Part shown: piece after piece, positions 63,696 through 64,000 of the stretch
Position numbering within the stretch: the first letter of the stretch is position 1
Layout of the letters: every line of letters begins with the position of its first letter
Source: Magallana gigas
Taxonomy: Eukaryota
DNA: 64,000 nt
Assembly: GCF_963853765.1 (NCBI RefSeq)
Contig: NC_088859.1
Coordinates: 24,180,001-24,244,000 of the forward strand
Direction of reading: 5' to 3'
The notes under the pieces: model-generated
Seen by the model: only the letters and a program-made list of their open reading frames with translations
What the model was told of the DNA's origin: nothing
Database searches by the model: none
Made by a program: the position numbers and the translations under genes

Positions 63696-64000
63696 TCATT
63701 GAACACTGTACGGTGTAAACTTGTTTGTCACAGACGAAAGATGTACTAAAGAAGACAGTAAATACTTGTAAGACTACTAGACTCGAGAGCACAAAGTGAT
63801 GTCGACCCAAATTTTAATTAGGCATGATATTGGATCACAAACGTACAATTATTAATAAACGTGGTGTTATGCTACCAATCAAAGGTTCTTTAGTGCTGAC
63901 AAATTAAAGGCATTTTTTTTAAATATCTACTCAACTGGCATATCGGATTTCTAATTTTAGCCATAAAACCCTGAATTTTCAACACCAACTTTTTATTTAA

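Overview
AT-rich eukaryotic DNA, most likely from a bivalve such as a Crassostrea/Magallana oyster. That is an inference from Helentron-type HINE ends, a 166-bp satellite period and typical MITE families. Two protein-coding genes are supported, both on the minus strand. (1) A PTCD1-like mitochondrial PPR protein gene with seven coding exons assembled by hand (14300-14715, 11928-12033, 9196-9336, 8625-8945, 6938-7672, 5986-6105, 1185-1370). All phases are compatible and the product is about 675 aa; the last exon is probably left of the window. (2) A secreted trunk/PTTH/noggin-like cystine-knot ligand at 41549-42439/42463, with a candidate first coding exon at 49812-49835. PTCD1 introns are CpG-poor and packed with nested non-autonomous elements: HINEs, PIF, mariner and Kolobok-type MITEs, and fold-back elements. 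The DNA around the trunk-like gene keeps its CpGs, has fewer recognisable TEs and carries several minisatellites. The most unusual structure is a 2.7-kb composite at 2141-4876: two apparently identical 653-bp TIR elements bracket 1.4 kb of old CpG-depleted DNA. The TTAA-like sites are at the inner ends, and the outer junctions are a 10-bp direct repeat that mimics the joined element ends. No CRISPR array, rRNA, intact tRNA or intact transposase was found.
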